Part shown: in pieces, positions 63,261-63,736 of the stretch
How positions within the stretch are numbered: position 1 is the stretch's first letter
Layout: each line of letters starts with the position of its first letter
NCBI RefSeq assembly: GCF_016433145.1
Contig: NC_058132.1
Coordinates: 88,355,754 to 88,419,489, forward strand
Length of the DNA: 63,736 bases
Source of the DNA: Gracilinanus agilis
Taxonomy: Eukaryota
Direction of reading: 5' to 3'
Notes under the pieces: generated by a model
Seen by the model: only the letters and a program-made list of their open reading frames with translations
Told to the model about the DNA's origin: nothing
Databases searched by the model: none
Made by a program: the position numbers and the translations under genes

Positions 63261-63736
63261 ATGATTCTTTGAGTTCATCTGAATAGGTAACAGGTGTATT
63301 CTCTTTGAGATCTAGTAGGTTCTGATTGTTAAAGACCTGCTGTAACAGAGGGGGCAGGTGATGTACATTGTCATGAAAATATGATGATGATTCACAAGTT
63401 GCCCTGTATGAGGATGGAATTGGACAGTCAGATGGGGTGAAGGCTGAAAAGGATCATCTCTTCCTCTTTACCAGAGACACAGATTTTCATTCAGGAACTG
63501 ATTCACCCTATTCAGCAGCAGGAGAGCAGAAATAAAATTTTTGAAGTGAGAAGTCAGAAAGAGATCATTGAAGAGGTGGCATCTCTAGTTAAGAAATGGA
63601 AGATGAGTGCCATGTATGAGCCAGAAGAAATGACAGGTTGGAAGAAAAAGAGTTGAGAAAACATGGGGAGTGAGGACAGTGGTATGGAAATTTATCTAGT
63701 CTAGTAGTTCTTCATTTATGGTCTGAGAACTTTAAA

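Noticed and set aside
63335-63360. CTCF-like AGAGGGGGCAGG (also ATAGGTGGCAG at about 57283)
   Set aside because: Only the 3' half of the consensus matches, which is not enough to call HS5 or any CTCF site.
1-63736. tRNA-like A/B boxes, CRISPR-like arrays, RNA genes
   Set aside because: All A/B-box hits are SINE heads. There are no regularly spaced repeat-spacer arrays and no recognisable rRNA, tRNA or snRNA genes.

Overview
Marsupial genomic DNA. Young SINE-1_MD-type and MAR1-type SINEs point to opossum (Monodelphis-like). The window is part of the class I (family 51) olfactory receptor cluster that in eutherians flanks the 5' side of the beta-globin locus. It holds five intact single-exon OR CDSs: OR51J/K-like (-, 208-1170), OR51M1 (+, 13543-14481), two paralogous family-51 ORs (+, 23182-24126 and 35673-36620) and OR51B6-like (-, 43939-44880). 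The rest is repeats (SINEs, L1, L2, L3/CR1, solo LTRs, an ERV pol fragment, hAT MITEs), three assembly gaps and short unique stretches. No globin gene or recognisable LCR core was seen. Main observations: (1) the two paralogous ORs are near-identical except for a ~155-bp divergent island over TM4-ECL2-TM5, while their promoters are far more diverged, which suggests gene conversion that spares the ligand-contact region; (2) a recurring promoter module (GATATAAATA or ATAAATATGCCC box followed by a consensus splice donor) predicts non-coding first exons for all five ORs, plus two extra modules; (3) a 29-nt piece of the first OR's CDS is copied into its own predicted intron; (4) a divergent pair of strong CTCF motifs lies between the divergent ORs, one in unique sequence and one inside a MITE; (5) gene order suggests an inversion relative to eutherians. 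I see no novel protein-coding system. Orthology names and eutherian gene order come from recalled sequences, not from a search. Repeat boundaries are approximate unless TSDs are given.
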